Source: Gammaproteobacteria bacterium
GTDB lineage: Bacteria > Pseudomonadota > Gammaproteobacteria > Eutrophobiales > Eutrophobiaceae
NCBI GenBank assembly: GCA_041984885.1
Contig: JBHIXH010000008.1
Location: 928-64,927 of the forward strand
DNA length: 64,000 bases
Direction: 5' to 3'
In this document: positions 45,614 through 55,767 of the stretch, piece after piece
How positions within the stretch are numbered: position 1 is the stretch's first letter
How the letters are laid out: the number at the start of each line of letters is the position of its first letter
Program-made: the position numbers and the translations under genes
The notes under the pieces: model-generated
Seen by the model: only the letters and a program-made list of their open reading frames with translations
Told to the model about the DNA's origin: nothing
The model's database searches: none

Positions 45614-46990
45614 ATGAAGAAGCATTGGTTACTGTTTTTTACCTGCCTTGTCCCGATCCACGGGTTTGCAAACGTACATGAATACACATTTGATAATGGC
45701 CTGAAACTGATCGTGAAGGAAGATCATCGGGCGCCCGTCGTCGTATCGCAGGTCTGGTATCGCATCGGTTCGAGTTATGAGCCAGCCGGCATTACCGGCA
45801 TTTCGCATGCGCTTGAGCACATGATGTTCAAGGGTACGGAAAAGTATCCGGATGGCCGGTTCTCCGAAATCATTTCCGAGAACGGTGGTCAGGAGAATGC
45901 CTTTACCGGTCGCGATTACACAGCCTATTTCCAAACAATGGAAAAAAGCCGTCTCGAGATCAGCTTTGAACTGGAGGCGGATCGCATGCGCAACCTGACG
46001 TTACCGGAAGAGGAATTCCTGAAGGAGATTGAAGTCGTCAAGGAAGAACGCCGCTGGCGCACTGACGACAAACCGGCCAACTATATGTACGAAGTCGCGA
46101 TGGCAACCGCTTTTCAAACCAGTCCGTACCGGCAACCGGTTATTGGCTGGATGAGTGATCTCGATAACATGAGTATCGACGATCTGAAGGACTGGTATAA
46201 AAAATGGTACGCACCGAACAATGCGATCGTGGTTGTCGTCGGTGATGTGAATGCGGATGACGTGCACGGACTGGCAAAAAAATATTTCGCACCGCTGACC
46301 GCCGAGAAGATAACGCCGCCACTCGATCGTCCGGAAGTGGAACAACAGGGGATCAAGCGGGTTATCGTCAAACGCCCGGCGCAACTGCCTTCATTGTTTC
46401 TTGGGTACAAAGCCCCGGTGATTCGTCCCGGCTTTACTGAAACCGAGGCGATAACAGAGCAGGATCTGTATGCGCTTGAGGTAATCAGCGGCATCCTGTC
46501 CGGTGGTAGCAGTGCCCGCTTCGCCAGTCGGCTGGTACGAGGTAGCGAGATTGCCGCCTCGGTCAGTGCCGGTTACAGCTTGATCAGTCGTCTCGATAGC
46601 CTGTTCACGATATCCGGTACACCATCGCAAGGCATAACCATTACTGAACTGGAACAGGCGATCATGGACGAGATTGACAAGTTAAAACAGGAACCGGTGA
46701 CGCCGGAAGAACTGCAACGGGTCAAGGCACAGGTAGTTTCATCGGACATCTATGAAAAAGACTCGCTGTTTTTTCAGGGTTACATCATTGGCGTGCTCGA
46801 GACTATTGGTCTGGATTGGCGACTTGCCGATGAGTATGTCGACAAGGTACAGGCAGTGACCGCCGAACAGGTGCAGGCGGCCGCAAACAAGTTTTTCGTT
46901 GATGATCGATTGACGATCGCTGAACTCGAACCGCTGCCAATGACAGCACCACCTGGCCCGCCTGCAGCAGGAGTCCGACATGCGCGTTAA
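45614..46990 (+). CDS. M16 zinc peptidase, catalytic subunit
   Basis: Signal peptide and inverted zinc motif HALEHMMFKGT. Confidence 0.9.
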   Translation: MKKHWLLFFTCLVPIHGFANVHEYTFDNGLKLIVKEDHRAPVVVSQVWYRIGSSYEPAGITGISHALEHMMFKGTEKYPDGRFSEIISENGGQENAFTGRDYTAYFQTMEKSRLEISFELEADRMRNLTLPEEEFLKEIEVVKEERRWRTDDKPANYMYEVAMATAFQTSPYRQPVIGWMSDLDNMSIDDLKDWYKKWYAPNNAIVVVVGDVNADDVHGLAKKYFAPLTAEKITPPLDRPEVEQQGIKRVIVKRPAQLPSLFLGYKAPVIRPGFTETEAITEQDLYALEVISGILSGGSSARFASRLVRGSEIAASVSAGYSLISRLDSLFTISGTPSQGITITELEQAIMDEIDKLKQEPVTPEELQRVKAQVVSSDIYEKDSLFFQGYIIGVLETIGLDWRLADEYVDKVQAVTAEQVQAAANKFFVDDRLTIAELEPLPMTAPPGPPAAGVRHAR

Positions 46991-48293
46991 ACCAGCCCTG
47001 CTGCTGCTCTTGCTGTTGATTTCGACGCAACTGGCAGCGTCGCCGGAGATCCAGACGTGGCAGACATCAACCGGTACCGAAGTATACTTTGTGTCGGCAA
47101 CGGAATTGCCCATGATCGATCTACAGGTGTTGTTTCATGCCGGGGGCAGTCGCAATGGCAACAAACCGGGCTTGTCGGGTTTAACGAACCACCTGTTATC
47201 ACAAGGCGCAGAGGGCCTGACTGCGGACGAGATCAGTTACCAATTCGAATCTCTGGGTGCAGAGTTTGGTAGTGATGCCGGCTACGACTCGGCCAGTGTC
47301 AGCCTGCGATCGTTGTCAGCGCAGGATAAATTCAAACCGGCACTGGAGAATCTGATTCGAGTATTGACGAAACCGGATTTTCCTCAAGACGCGATCGACC
47401 GGGAACGTAATCGCATGTTGGTCGGTTTGCAGGCCAAGCAGCAAAACCCGGGAGCGTTGGCCAGTGATGCATTTTATTCCGCTGTGTTCAACGATCATCC
47501 ATACGCACAACCAAACTCCGGCACTGAAGAGTCATTAAATGCGATCACGCGCAAGGCAATTGTGTCGTTTCATAAAAAGTACTACGTCGCTGCTAACGCT
47601 ATCGTTGCGATCATCGGCGATCTGGATCGCCAGCAGGCAGAATCGATCGCCGAACAAGTGACGCAGGCATTACCAAAAGGAAACAAGGCAAAGCCACTGA
47701 CCGAAGTGCAACCGCTGGCTGCAGCGGAACGCGTACATATTGATCACCCGTCGCAACAAACGCACATATTATATGGTCAGACCGGCATCAAACGTGGCGA
47801 CCCGGATTACTTTGCCCTGTATGTCGGTAATCATATTCTCGGTGGCAGTGGTCTGGTCTCGCGGCTGTTTGAAGAAGTACGCAATAAACGCGGCTTGTCC
47901 TACTCGGCCTACAGTTATTTCAGTCCCATGAAGCAGGCAGGTCCATTTGTCGCCGGTTTGCAGACGCGCGCTGACCAGGTAGAAGAGGCGATTCAGGTAT
48001 TGAGTGATAATATCGCCAGATTCGTCGAAGAAGGCCCGACCGAGCAGGAACTGATCGCATCAAAGAAAAATATCACCGGCGGCTTTCCGTTACGCATTGC
48101 CGGTAACAGCAAGATACTCGGCTACCTGGGCGCGATCGGGATCTACGATTTACCACTGGATTATCTGGATACATTTAACGCGAACATTGAGGCAGTCACC
48201 GCTGAACAGGTTCGCGATGCGTTTCAGCGGCATGTATCGCTGGATACATTTGTGACAGTAACGGTTGGACCAGGAACGGTAAACGGAGAGTAG
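46980..48293 (+). CDS. M16 peptidase, non-catalytic partner subunit
   Basis: No HxxEH; carries the R..RGLSY motif; overlaps the upstream gene. Confidence 0.88.
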   Translation: MRVKPALLLLLLLISTQLAASPEIQTWQTSTGTEVYFVSATELPMIDLQVLFHAGGSRNGNKPGLSGLTNHLLSQGAEGLTADEISYQFESLGAEFGSDAGYDSASVSLRSLSAQDKFKPALENLIRVLTKPDFPQDAIDRERNRMLVGLQAKQQNPGALASDAFYSAVFNDHPYAQPNSGTEESLNAITRKAIVSFHKKYYVAANAIVAIIGDLDRQQAESIAEQVTQALPKGNKAKPLTEVQPLAAAERVHIDHPSQQTHILYGQTGIKRGDPDYFALYVGNHILGGSGLVSRLFEEVRNKRGLSYSAYSYFSPMKQAGPFVAGLQTRADQVEEAIQVLSDNIARFVEEGPTEQELIASKKNITGGFPLRIAGNSKILGYLGAIGIYDLPLDYLDTFNANIEAVTAEQVRDAFQRHVSLDTFVTVTVGPGTVNGE

Positions 48294-48295
48294 TT

Positions 48296-48853
48296 CTGTC
48301 AAATAATCGCCGGGGACAGGTACGTTTAATCGCCGGACAATGGCGTGGACGGAAATTATCCATCGTTGATGCCGATGGCGTTCGACCGACGCCGGATCGA
48401 GTACGCGAAACCGTGTTTAACTGGTTGCAGCCGATGGTGGAAGGCGCACATTGCCTGGATTTGTTTGCCGGTAGCGGTGCACTCGGATTTGAAGCCTTGT
48501 CGCGTGGCGCAGCGTTCGTACAGTTTATTGACACAAATGCGGAATGCGTCGCTCAGTTACAGCAAAATGCCACGATGCTGCAGACGCGTGCCTGCGATAT
48601 TCAATGTATGTCAGCGCCAGACTGGCTGGAGAAAACCGGGGCCTGTTTCGATTTGATCTTTATTGACCCGCCTTTTCAGCAGAACCTGATCCCGGCCAGC
48701 CTGGATATCCTGCTGCACAGGCGATGCCTGAAAGAAAACGGACGACTCTATATTGAGAGTGAGCCCGGATTAAAACTCCCGGACGGGCTGCAAATGCTGA
48801 AACAAAAAGTGACAGGAGGGGTACAATACGGCCTGTATTCACGACAACCGTGA
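48296..48853 (+). CDS. rsmD: 16S rRNA m2G966 methyltransferase (probable CTG start)
   Basis: In-frame RLIAGQWRGRKL...RPTPDRVRETVFNW, DLFAGSGALG and DPPF. The only plausible start is CTG 48296 after GGAG. Confidence 0.9.
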   Translation: MSNNRRGQVRLIAGQWRGRKLSIVDADGVRPTPDRVRETVFNWLQPMVEGAHCLDLFAGSGALGFEALSRGAAFVQFIDTNAECVAQLQQNATMLQTRACDIQCMSAPDWLEKTGACFDLIFIDPPFQQNLIPASLDILLHRRCLKENGRLYIESEPGLKLPDGLQMLKQKVTGGVQYGLYSRQP

Positions 48854-48894
48854 ATGAGCGATCCTGAAAATTAATCCAACGGCGAGATTCGGCT

Positions 48895-49377
48895 ATGAAT
48901 ATCACGGCGATATATCCGGGTACTTTTGACCCGGTGACGAACGGGCATCGCGACATTATTGAGCGTGCGGTGAAATTATTTGATCGTGTTGTTGTCGCCG
49001 TAGCTGATGTCAACAGTACAAGCAAATCGACCTGTTTTACCACGGATGAACGCGTTGATATGTTGCTTAAAGTGACAGGTGATCTTGCCAACGTGGAAGT
49101 CATCGCTTTTAATCAACTCGTCACAGATGTCGCGCGCGATAACCAGGCACAGGTCATCGTCAGGGGCTTGCGAGCGGTGTCCGATTTTGAATACGAGTTT
49201 CAAATGGCAGGTATGAACAGAAAGTTATTCCCCGACGCGGAAACCGTTTTCCTGACACCGTCGGATCATCTTAATTGTATTTCATCGAGCCTGGTTCGTC
49301 AGATTGCCTCACTTGGTGGCGACATCAGCCCGTTCGTGCATGCCGATGTAAATGCGGCATTAAAGGAGCGTTTGTAA
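48895..49377 (+). CDS. coaD: Phosphopantetheine adenylyltransferase
   Basis: YPGTFDPVTNGH, RGLR...DFEYE and ISSS. Confidence 0.97.
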   Translation: MNITAIYPGTFDPVTNGHRDIIERAVKLFDRVVVAVADVNSTSKSTCFTTDERVDMLLKVTGDLANVEVIAFNQLVTDVARDNQAQVIVRGLRAVSDFEYEFQMAGMNRKLFPDAETVFLTPSDHLNCISSSLVRQIASLGGDISPFVHADVNAALKERL

Positions 49378-49626
<249 letters not shown>

Positions 49627-49642
49627 AACCGGTTCAGTCTTT

Positions 49643-51325
49643 ATGCGTTTCTCTCTCTTTCCATTAACGCTTTTTTCTTTTCTTTTCGTGTTTGTGCCGC
49701 AGGCGTCTGCTGCCGGTCCCGGTCAGGCGGTGGTTGCCTCGGCACATCCGTTGGCAACAGAAGCGGGCATAACCGTTCTGCAACAAGGTGGTAATGCGTT
49801 TGATGCCGCTGTTGCTGTTTCGGCAGCGCTGGCTGTCGTTGAACCGTACGGTTCAGGTATAGGCGGTGGTGGTTTCTGGCTGTTACATCGTGAAGAAGAT
49901 AAAAAGCAAATAATGATCGATGGCCGTGAAACCGCGCCTTTAGCCGCGCATGCCAATATGTACCTGGATGAAAATGGTAATCATGTAAAAGACAAATCCC
50001 TGAACGGTCCACTGGCGGCAGGTGTGCCCGGCTTGCCGGCCGCGCTCGATCATCTCGCCAGTCAATATGGCAAGTTGTCATTAAACACGTCACTGGCCCC
50101 GGCCATCCGTTATGCGCGAGAAGGTTTTGCCGTCACGGAGCGTTATCGCAAGCTGGCCTCGTTTCGTAAAGATGTCATGAATCGCTGGCCATCGAGCGCC
50201 GCTATCTTTTTGCACAACAGTGAGGTGCCATCACCTGGTCATATGATCATTCAGCAGGACCTGGCCCGGACCCTGGAGTTGATCGCGAAACATGGTCGTG
50301 ACGGATTTTACAAAGGCGATGTCGCGGATAGACTGGTGCAATCCAGTAGTAGTCATGGTGGTATTATCAAACACGAGGATTTGCGGTCGTATCGTGTGCT
50401 CGAGCGTCAACCGATACGCAGCCGGTATCATGACATTAACATCACTTCAGCATCACCACCGTCATCCGGCGGTATCGTACTGGCCCAGGCACTGGGCATG
50501 CTGGAGCACTTCGATCTGGGCTATCAGGAATCGATACAACGCAAGCATCTGGTTATCGAGGCAATGCGCCGTGCCTATCGTGACCGTGCCGAATATCTTG
50601 GTGATCCCGACTTCGTGAATATTCCGATCCATCGTTTACTGGATGCGGAATACATTGAAGGCCTGGCACTCAGTATTGATCCGGAACTTGCGTCCTCGAG
50701 TGAACAACTCGGCGGCCCTGGTCAGTTTGATCAAACCGGTACGTCCACAACCCATTTTTCCGTTATTGATAAAGACGGTAATCGTGTTGCGGCAACGCTC
50801 AGCATTAACCTGCCGTTCGGCTCCGGCTTTGTCGCGGAAGGGACCGGTGTTTTGCTTAATGACGAGATGGATGATTTTTCCAGCAAACCGGACACGCCAA
50901 ATGCATATGGCCTGGTTGGCGATGAAGCGAATCAGATAGAACCGGGCAAGCGTCCGCTCTCAAGCATGACGCCAACGTTTGTCGAGACAGCCGACAAGGT
51001 TGGCATACTCGGCACGCCAGGCGGCAGTCGTATCATCAGTATGGTGCTGCTCGGAATATTACAGTTCGCCGATCACAAGGCACCGATGGCCTGGGTATCA
51101 GCCCCGCGCTATCATCATCAGTATTTACCGGATGAAGTTCAGTTTGAAAAAGGCGGTTTGACCCCTGAAGAACGTTTACAGCTTGCACAGCTTGGTCATA
51201 AGCTGGCAGAAAAAAACCGTAACTATGGCAATATGCAGGCAATTCTATGGTACAAGCCAAAAAATCTTCTCGTCGGTGCCAGCGATCCGCGCGGTGAAGG
51301 TGAAACAAGGTTGACTGCACATTAA
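49643..51325 (+). CDS. ggt: Gamma-glutamyltransferase
   Basis: GGNAFDAA, SGIGGG, nucleophile TTHFSV, LNDEMDDF and RPLSSM. Confidence 0.95.
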   Translation: MRFSLFPLTLFSFLFVFVPQASAAGPGQAVVASAHPLATEAGITVLQQGGNAFDAAVAVSAALAVVEPYGSGIGGGGFWLLHREEDKKQIMIDGRETAPLAAHANMYLDENGNHVKDKSLNGPLAAGVPGLPAALDHLASQYGKLSLNTSLAPAIRYAREGFAVTERYRKLASFRKDVMNRWPSSAAIFLHNSEVPSPGHMIIQQDLARTLELIAKHGRDGFYKGDVADRLVQSSSSHGGIIKHEDLRSYRVLERQPIRSRYHDINITSASPPSSGGIVLAQALGMLEHFDLGYQESIQRKHLVIEAMRRAYRDRAEYLGDPDFVNIPIHRLLDAEYIEGLALSIDPELASSSEQLGGPGQFDQTGTSTTHFSVIDKDGNRVAATLSINLPFGSGFVAEGTGVLLNDEMDDFSSKPDTPNAYGLVGDEANQIEPGKRPLSSMTPTFVETADKVGILGTPGGSRIISMVLLGILQFADHKAPMAWVSAPRYHHQYLPDEVQFEKGGLTPEERLQLAQLGHKLAEKNRNYGNMQAILWYKPKNLLVGASDPRGEGETRLTAH

Positions 51326-51333
51326 ACGGACAA

Positions 51334-52293
51334 ATGTCGGATATAGTTTTTTACGAAGTCTTTGCCGAAGAGGAGTCGGCACTGAAACATTTTCTTCCTC
51401 CGGACATCACTGCTGAGTTTCACGAAGGTACGATTCAGGAAGTGGGCGAGAAACAGTTGCCCGCAAGCATCATCAGTATTCGCACCCAGTCATTGGTACC
51501 GGAAAACTGGACGGGTGATCTGCAAGCCATTCTCACACGCAGCACCGGCTATGATCATTTAGTCTGGTTACATGATCGCCCGGTCCAGATCGGGTACTTA
51601 CCAGACTATTGTGCCCGCTCCGTTGCCGAGCATGCGTTGCTTCTCTGGACCGCATTACTGAAAAAGTTACCGGCGCAGCAGGCGTCATTTGCAACGTTTA
51701 ATCGCAATGGCCTGACCGGCCAACAGTTATTGAATAAATCCCTGCTTGTTATCGGTGTTGGCAAGATTGGTTATCACGTTGTCCAGCTGGCTCAAGCGGT
51801 CGGTATGCATGTGGCAGGTATGGATATCGAGCAGAAGCATGATAATGTGAATTATGTTGATCAGCATGAAGATTTGAGTCGCTATGACGTGATTGTCAGC
51901 GCGATGAGCCTGAACGAAAACAACATTCACTATTTCGATCAACAATTTTTTGACCGGGTAAAGCCCGGTTGCCTGTTTGTGAATATTTCACGCGGCGAAC
52001 TGTCTCCCTGTTCGGTGCTGATCGAGAACCTGTCAAACGGACGGCTTGCCGGTGTGGCCCTCGACGTATTTGAAGATGAAAACAGGCTGGCTGTGCAGTT
52101 AAGAAACAGGGCGACAAACGAAAGTCATGATACAGCGGTACGTGAACTGTTAACGCTGGCGAGCATGCCAAACACGATTTTGACACCACATAATGCCTTT
52201 AACACCCACGAGGCAACACTACTGAAATCTGAACAGTCGCTGCAACAGCTCATTCACTACCTGCAGCATGGCAGGTTTATCTGGTCGATGTAA
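51334..52293 (+). CDS. D-isomer-specific 2-hydroxyacid dehydrogenase family protein
   Basis: RSTGYDH, GVGKIG, NISRG, LDVFEDE and TPHNA. Confidence 0.85.
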   Translation: MSDIVFYEVFAEEESALKHFLPPDITAEFHEGTIQEVGEKQLPASIISIRTQSLVPENWTGDLQAILTRSTGYDHLVWLHDRPVQIGYLPDYCARSVAEHALLLWTALLKKLPAQQASFATFNRNGLTGQQLLNKSLLVIGVGKIGYHVVQLAQAVGMHVAGMDIEQKHDNVNYVDQHEDLSRYDVIVSAMSLNENNIHYFDQQFFDRVKPGCLFVNISRGELSPCSVLIENLSNGRLAGVALDVFEDENRLAVQLRNRATNESHDTAVRELLTLASMPNTILTPHNAFNTHEATLLKSEQSLQQLIHYLQHGRFIWSM

Positions 52294-52300
52294 CGGGAGG

Positions 52301-52516
52301 TTAAATCTCTTTTGGCGGTTTTCGACCGGTAGTAAGAATATGAAATATCATTGGTATGGTTAATATCGCACCGACAACAATCATCGCAATGCCATAATTT
52401 TCAAATTGTATGGATTTCGGGATCAGATTTGTCCCGGCAAAATGTTCGGCCATCCCGACGCCGGCCAGGATACAACCAATACCATCGAGTGCTATATACA
52501 GCGGTGGAATCTTCAT
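52301..52516 (-). CDS. Small two-TM membrane protein
   Basis: Two hydrophobic segments and an upstream GAGG RBS; fills the intergenic gap. Confidence 0.65.
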   Translation of the reverse strand: MKIPPLYIALDGIGCILAGVGMAEHFAGTNLIPKSIQFENYGIAMIVVGAILTIPMIFHILTTGRKPPKEI

Positions 52517-52617
52517 AAATACCTCTTGTTTTTCTTGTTATTAAACCAGGATAGCCCGTGTAGATGCTGCTGTTACCAGTTGCAGTACTGCGGCAAATTT
52601 CAAGAATGTTCGGTTAT

Positions 52618-53109
52618 ATGTTAACATCACGTATCTCGTTCTCTCGGGAAATCATTCAAACTATTGGTTTTGTTATCTATTTTATCAAACAAAAAGTAGG
52701 CTTTGCTTTTGTGTTTTTTTTACTGCTGTCGACCCGGGTCGAGGCAGACGCCCGCCTGAGCACGGATACCGACGTTGCTTCAGCAGGATACTTTGTCCTC
52801 GACTGGAGCAGCAATATGTCGGGGCCGTTTCTGTTGCAACAATCAAGTAGTCCGGACTTTTTCAGCGTAGATTCGGAATCCAGTCATACAAACAGACAAA
52901 CCACGATCACCGGTCTGGATGACGGTACTTATTTTTACCGGGTTCGGGATGCCACTGGTTTGGTCAGTAACGTTATCAGCGTGGAGGTTGCGCATCATTC
53001 ATTAACGAAGGCCTTTTCATTTTTTATCCTCGGGTGTTTTCTGTTCGTTGTCTTGCTCTCTGTGCTGTTGCACGCACAGCGCGCACTAAATCCTGAACAA
53101 CGTGCCTGA
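52618..53109 (+). CDS. Membrane-anchored FN3-like protein (start uncertain)
   Basis: Hydrophobic leader, LDW...ITGLDDGTYFYRV FN3-like pattern and C-terminal TM. Confidence 0.6.
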   Translation: MLTSRISFSREIIQTIGFVIYFIKQKVGFAFVFFLLLSTRVEADARLSTDTDVASAGYFVLDWSSNMSGPFLLQQSSSPDFFSVDSESSHTNRQTTITGLDDGTYFYRVRDATGLVSNVISVEVAHHSLTKAFSFFILGCFLFVVLLSVLLHAQRALNPEQRA

Positions 53110-53127
53110 TAACGTTGAACCTGTGTT

Positions 53128-54555
53128 ATGTCCACGCCTGTTCTTTCTTCACAAACATCACTGCTGATTCTGGCTGTTTTCTCGGTCGTCTGGATCGGTT
53201 TTGGTGTTTATCTTGGTCGTAAGAATAAAACGCTGACCGACAGCATGGTCGCTGGCAGAAATGTCGGGCTGGCCCTCGCCACAGCTACGGCAATGGCAAC
53301 CTGGGTGACCAGCAACACAACAATGACAGCACCGCAGCTGACCTATCAACTGGGAATCTGGGGAATGTTTGGATATTCTCTCGGCGCCATTGGTTTAATC
53401 CTGTTTGCGCCGCTTGCCGTTCGTATTCGCAAGTTGTTACCGGAAGGTTACACCTCGGGTGACTTTATCCGTTATCGCTATGGCGATCTTGCCTGGCGTA
53501 TCTTTCTGATTATCTCCTTTTTCTATGCTTTTGGCTGGTTGATCAGCCTCGGTATGGCCGGCGGCATTCTGGTGAATGCACTCAGTGGCATACCCTACAC
53601 GATTGGTATGAGTGTCATCTTGTTTACCTGTGTGTTGTATACACTGTTCGGTGGCATGCGTGCTGTTATAGCGACTGACTTCGTACAAACATTAATCATA
53701 GTGATTGGCCTCATCATTATTGCAGTCCAGGTAATTGATTCTCCCGGACTGCATGAAATCTATACCACGGTGGCCGATAACAGGCCGATGTTGTTAAGCT
53801 TGCTGTTTCCGGCGGCCATCATGTTTTTATTCAATAACCTTTTCTTCGGCGTCGGTGAAATCTTTCACTCAAACGTCTGGTGGTCGCGCGCATTTGCATT
53901 TGCCGGCGATGTAGGCGGCAAGGCCTATTTGCTGGCCGGTATTTTCTGGTTGCCAATCCCGGTCGTGGCCGGGTTTATCGCGCTTGCAGCACCGGCATTG
54001 AATCTGTCTGTTCCTTCAGCCGATATGGTCGGACCCCTGGTGGTTGCACAGATACTTGGTGTGGCCGGCAGCGTAATTGTGTTCATCATTATTTTTTCTG
54101 CACTGGCCTCAAGTCTTGACTCGTTGTTGGCCGCCACCTCCGATTTGATAACGCAGGATATTTATCGCGGTCATATAAACAGGCGCGCGACGGATCAGGA
54201 CTGTTTCAGGGCGAGCCGTTTGATCATCATATTGCTGGGCGTGACCACCTGGTTACTGTGTCTGCCCAGAATCACCACGCTGGCATCATTGCTGTATTTT
54301 ACCGGTGCATTTGTTGCCAGCACGATATGGCCAATACTGTTTGGACTCTATTTCAGGAAAGTCAGCGGTAATGCTGCGGCAGCGGCCATGTTTACAGGAA
54401 CGGTTATTGGATTGGCCGCGTATTTTGTTATCGGCTTCTATGTGGCAGCACTGGTGTCCTGTGCGGTTTCATTGCTGGTGATCACAGCCTGGTCACGGAT
54501 AGCGCCAATAGACTTCAGTTTTAGCCCCGCAACTGCGACGGCAGTGTCGTCATGA
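53128..54555 (+). CDS. Sodium:solute symporter (DUR3-like)
   Basis: About 13 TM, AGRNVG, RYG, GGMRAVIATDFVQ and ASSLDS.L.A.S....DIY. Confidence 0.88.
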   Translation: MSTPVLSSQTSLLILAVFSVVWIGFGVYLGRKNKTLTDSMVAGRNVGLALATATAMATWVTSNTTMTAPQLTYQLGIWGMFGYSLGAIGLILFAPLAVRIRKLLPEGYTSGDFIRYRYGDLAWRIFLIISFFYAFGWLISLGMAGGILVNALSGIPYTIGMSVILFTCVLYTLFGGMRAVIATDFVQTLIIVIGLIIIAVQVIDSPGLHEIYTTVADNRPMLLSLLFPAAIMFLFNNLFFGVGEIFHSNVWWSRAFAFAGDVGGKAYLLAGIFWLPIPVVAGFIALAAPALNLSVPSADMVGPLVVAQILGVAGSVIVFIIIFSALASSLDSLLAATSDLITQDIYRGHINRRATDQDCFRASRLIIILLGVTTWLLCLPRITTLASLLYFTGAFVASTIWPILFGLYFRKVSGNAAAAAMFTGTVIGLAAYFVIGFYVAALVSCAVSLLVITAWSRIAPIDFSFSPATATAVSS

Positions 54556-54671
54556 TTTCATTTTTCTTCTTTAGTCTTTTAGTGCAGGTGGCGCTTGGTT
54601 TGACGTTGCTGTCACCGGTTATATTAATTTTTCTGCTAATCCGGGATAAAAACAGAGGCGAGTTATGGTAA
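54552..54671 (+). CDS. 39-aa single-TM membrane peptide
   Basis: MISFFFFSLLVQVALGLTLLSPVILIFLLIRDKNRGELW*. ATGA overlap with the SSS stop; its end overlaps the next ATG. Confidence 0.7.
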   Translation: MISFFFFSLLVQVALGLTLLSPVILIFLLIRDKNRGELW

Positions 54672-55744
54672 GAGAAACAGTAGTTAAGGAAATTGCCGAG
54701 TTTGAGCGCAAGCGACCGGATGTGTATGGCGATGCACATCCAAAAGCATTACTGCGCAAGATTATAGAAAATGGTGACCACCTGCAGCCACTCGCCAGTC
54801 AGCATATTCTTTCGTCGGATCAGTTCGATAAAGACACGTTACTGCAGCTGTTTCGTCTTGCCGCCAAGTATGAAGGTAACCCGGAACGCTTCAGCACCCC
54901 GTTACAGGGAAAAATACTGATTAGTGCGTTTTATGAACCGAGTACTCGAACCCGCTTGTCGTTCGAAAGCGCATGGCACCGACTGGGTGGCGACATAATG
55001 TCGATCACTGACCGCTCCACGACCGGAATCGCCAAGGGAGAATCATTAAGAGATGTTGGCGAGATGTTTAATAACTATGGTGACTGTGTTGTGTTGCGTG
55101 ACCGGGAAGCAAAGTCACTCTACAAGATGGTCGACAGTTTACGCATACCGATCATTAACGCCGGTAATGGTATTGATGAACATCCGACGCAGGCGATGTC
55201 GGACCTGTACACGATTTTTAAGTGGTATCCGGATCTGGTTGATGCCGATCTGGAATCGGGTAAAAAGATCCGCGTCGGTGTCATAGGGGTGCCGAGCAAA
55301 ATGCGTACAGTGCGGAGCCTGTTGAAAATATTCTCCAAATTTCCGTCAGCGTTTTCTGAAGTAGTCATCATACATGACGGTGGCAGCCAGATTTTCGATC
55401 CGGGTCAGAAAGAACAGCTGGTTGAAGCCGGCTTGAGTATTTCGGATACAACCGAATTTAAAAGCACATTGCCTGAACTGGATGTGATTTATATTAATTC
55501 AATCGCCTGGATCGGCGACAACTATGAAGCGTTCCAGCAGGAAATCTCACTGGATAAGGATTCAAACATAAAGGATAACGCGATCATCTTACATCCACTG
55601 GCACGCGGCGATGAATTATCTACAACTCTCGATCAAACCCATCATAACTGGTACTTCTCACAGGCCCGTGGAGCCGTGTTTTTACGCATGGCTCTTTTAA
55701 CCTGTGTGGTTGAAAGAACCGAACGCGTGATGGACGTATTATAA
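54665..55744 (+). CDS. ATCase-superfamily carbamoyltransferase with altered acceptor site
   Basis: FYEPSTRT, KGES, HPTQ and HPLAR are present; YxTRxQxER is missing. Confidence 0.85.
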   Translation: MVRETVVKEIAEFERKRPDVYGDAHPKALLRKIIENGDHLQPLASQHILSSDQFDKDTLLQLFRLAAKYEGNPERFSTPLQGKILISAFYEPSTRTRLSFESAWHRLGGDIMSITDRSTTGIAKGESLRDVGEMFNNYGDCVVLRDREAKSLYKMVDSLRIPIINAGNGIDEHPTQAMSDLYTIFKWYPDLVDADLESGKKIRVGVIGVPSKMRTVRSLLKIFSKFPSAFSEVVIIHDGGSQIFDPGQKEQLVEAGLSISDTTEFKSTLPELDVIYINSIAWIGDNYEAFQQEISLDKDSNIKDNAIILHPLARGDELSTTLDQTHHNWYFSQARGAVFLRMALLTCVVERTERVMDVL

Positions 55745-55767
55745 AAATAACCAGGGAAAAATAATTT

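Noticed and set aside
54665-55744. Calling this gene pyrB
   Set aside because: Aspartate-specificity residues are missing and there is no pyrimidine-gene context.
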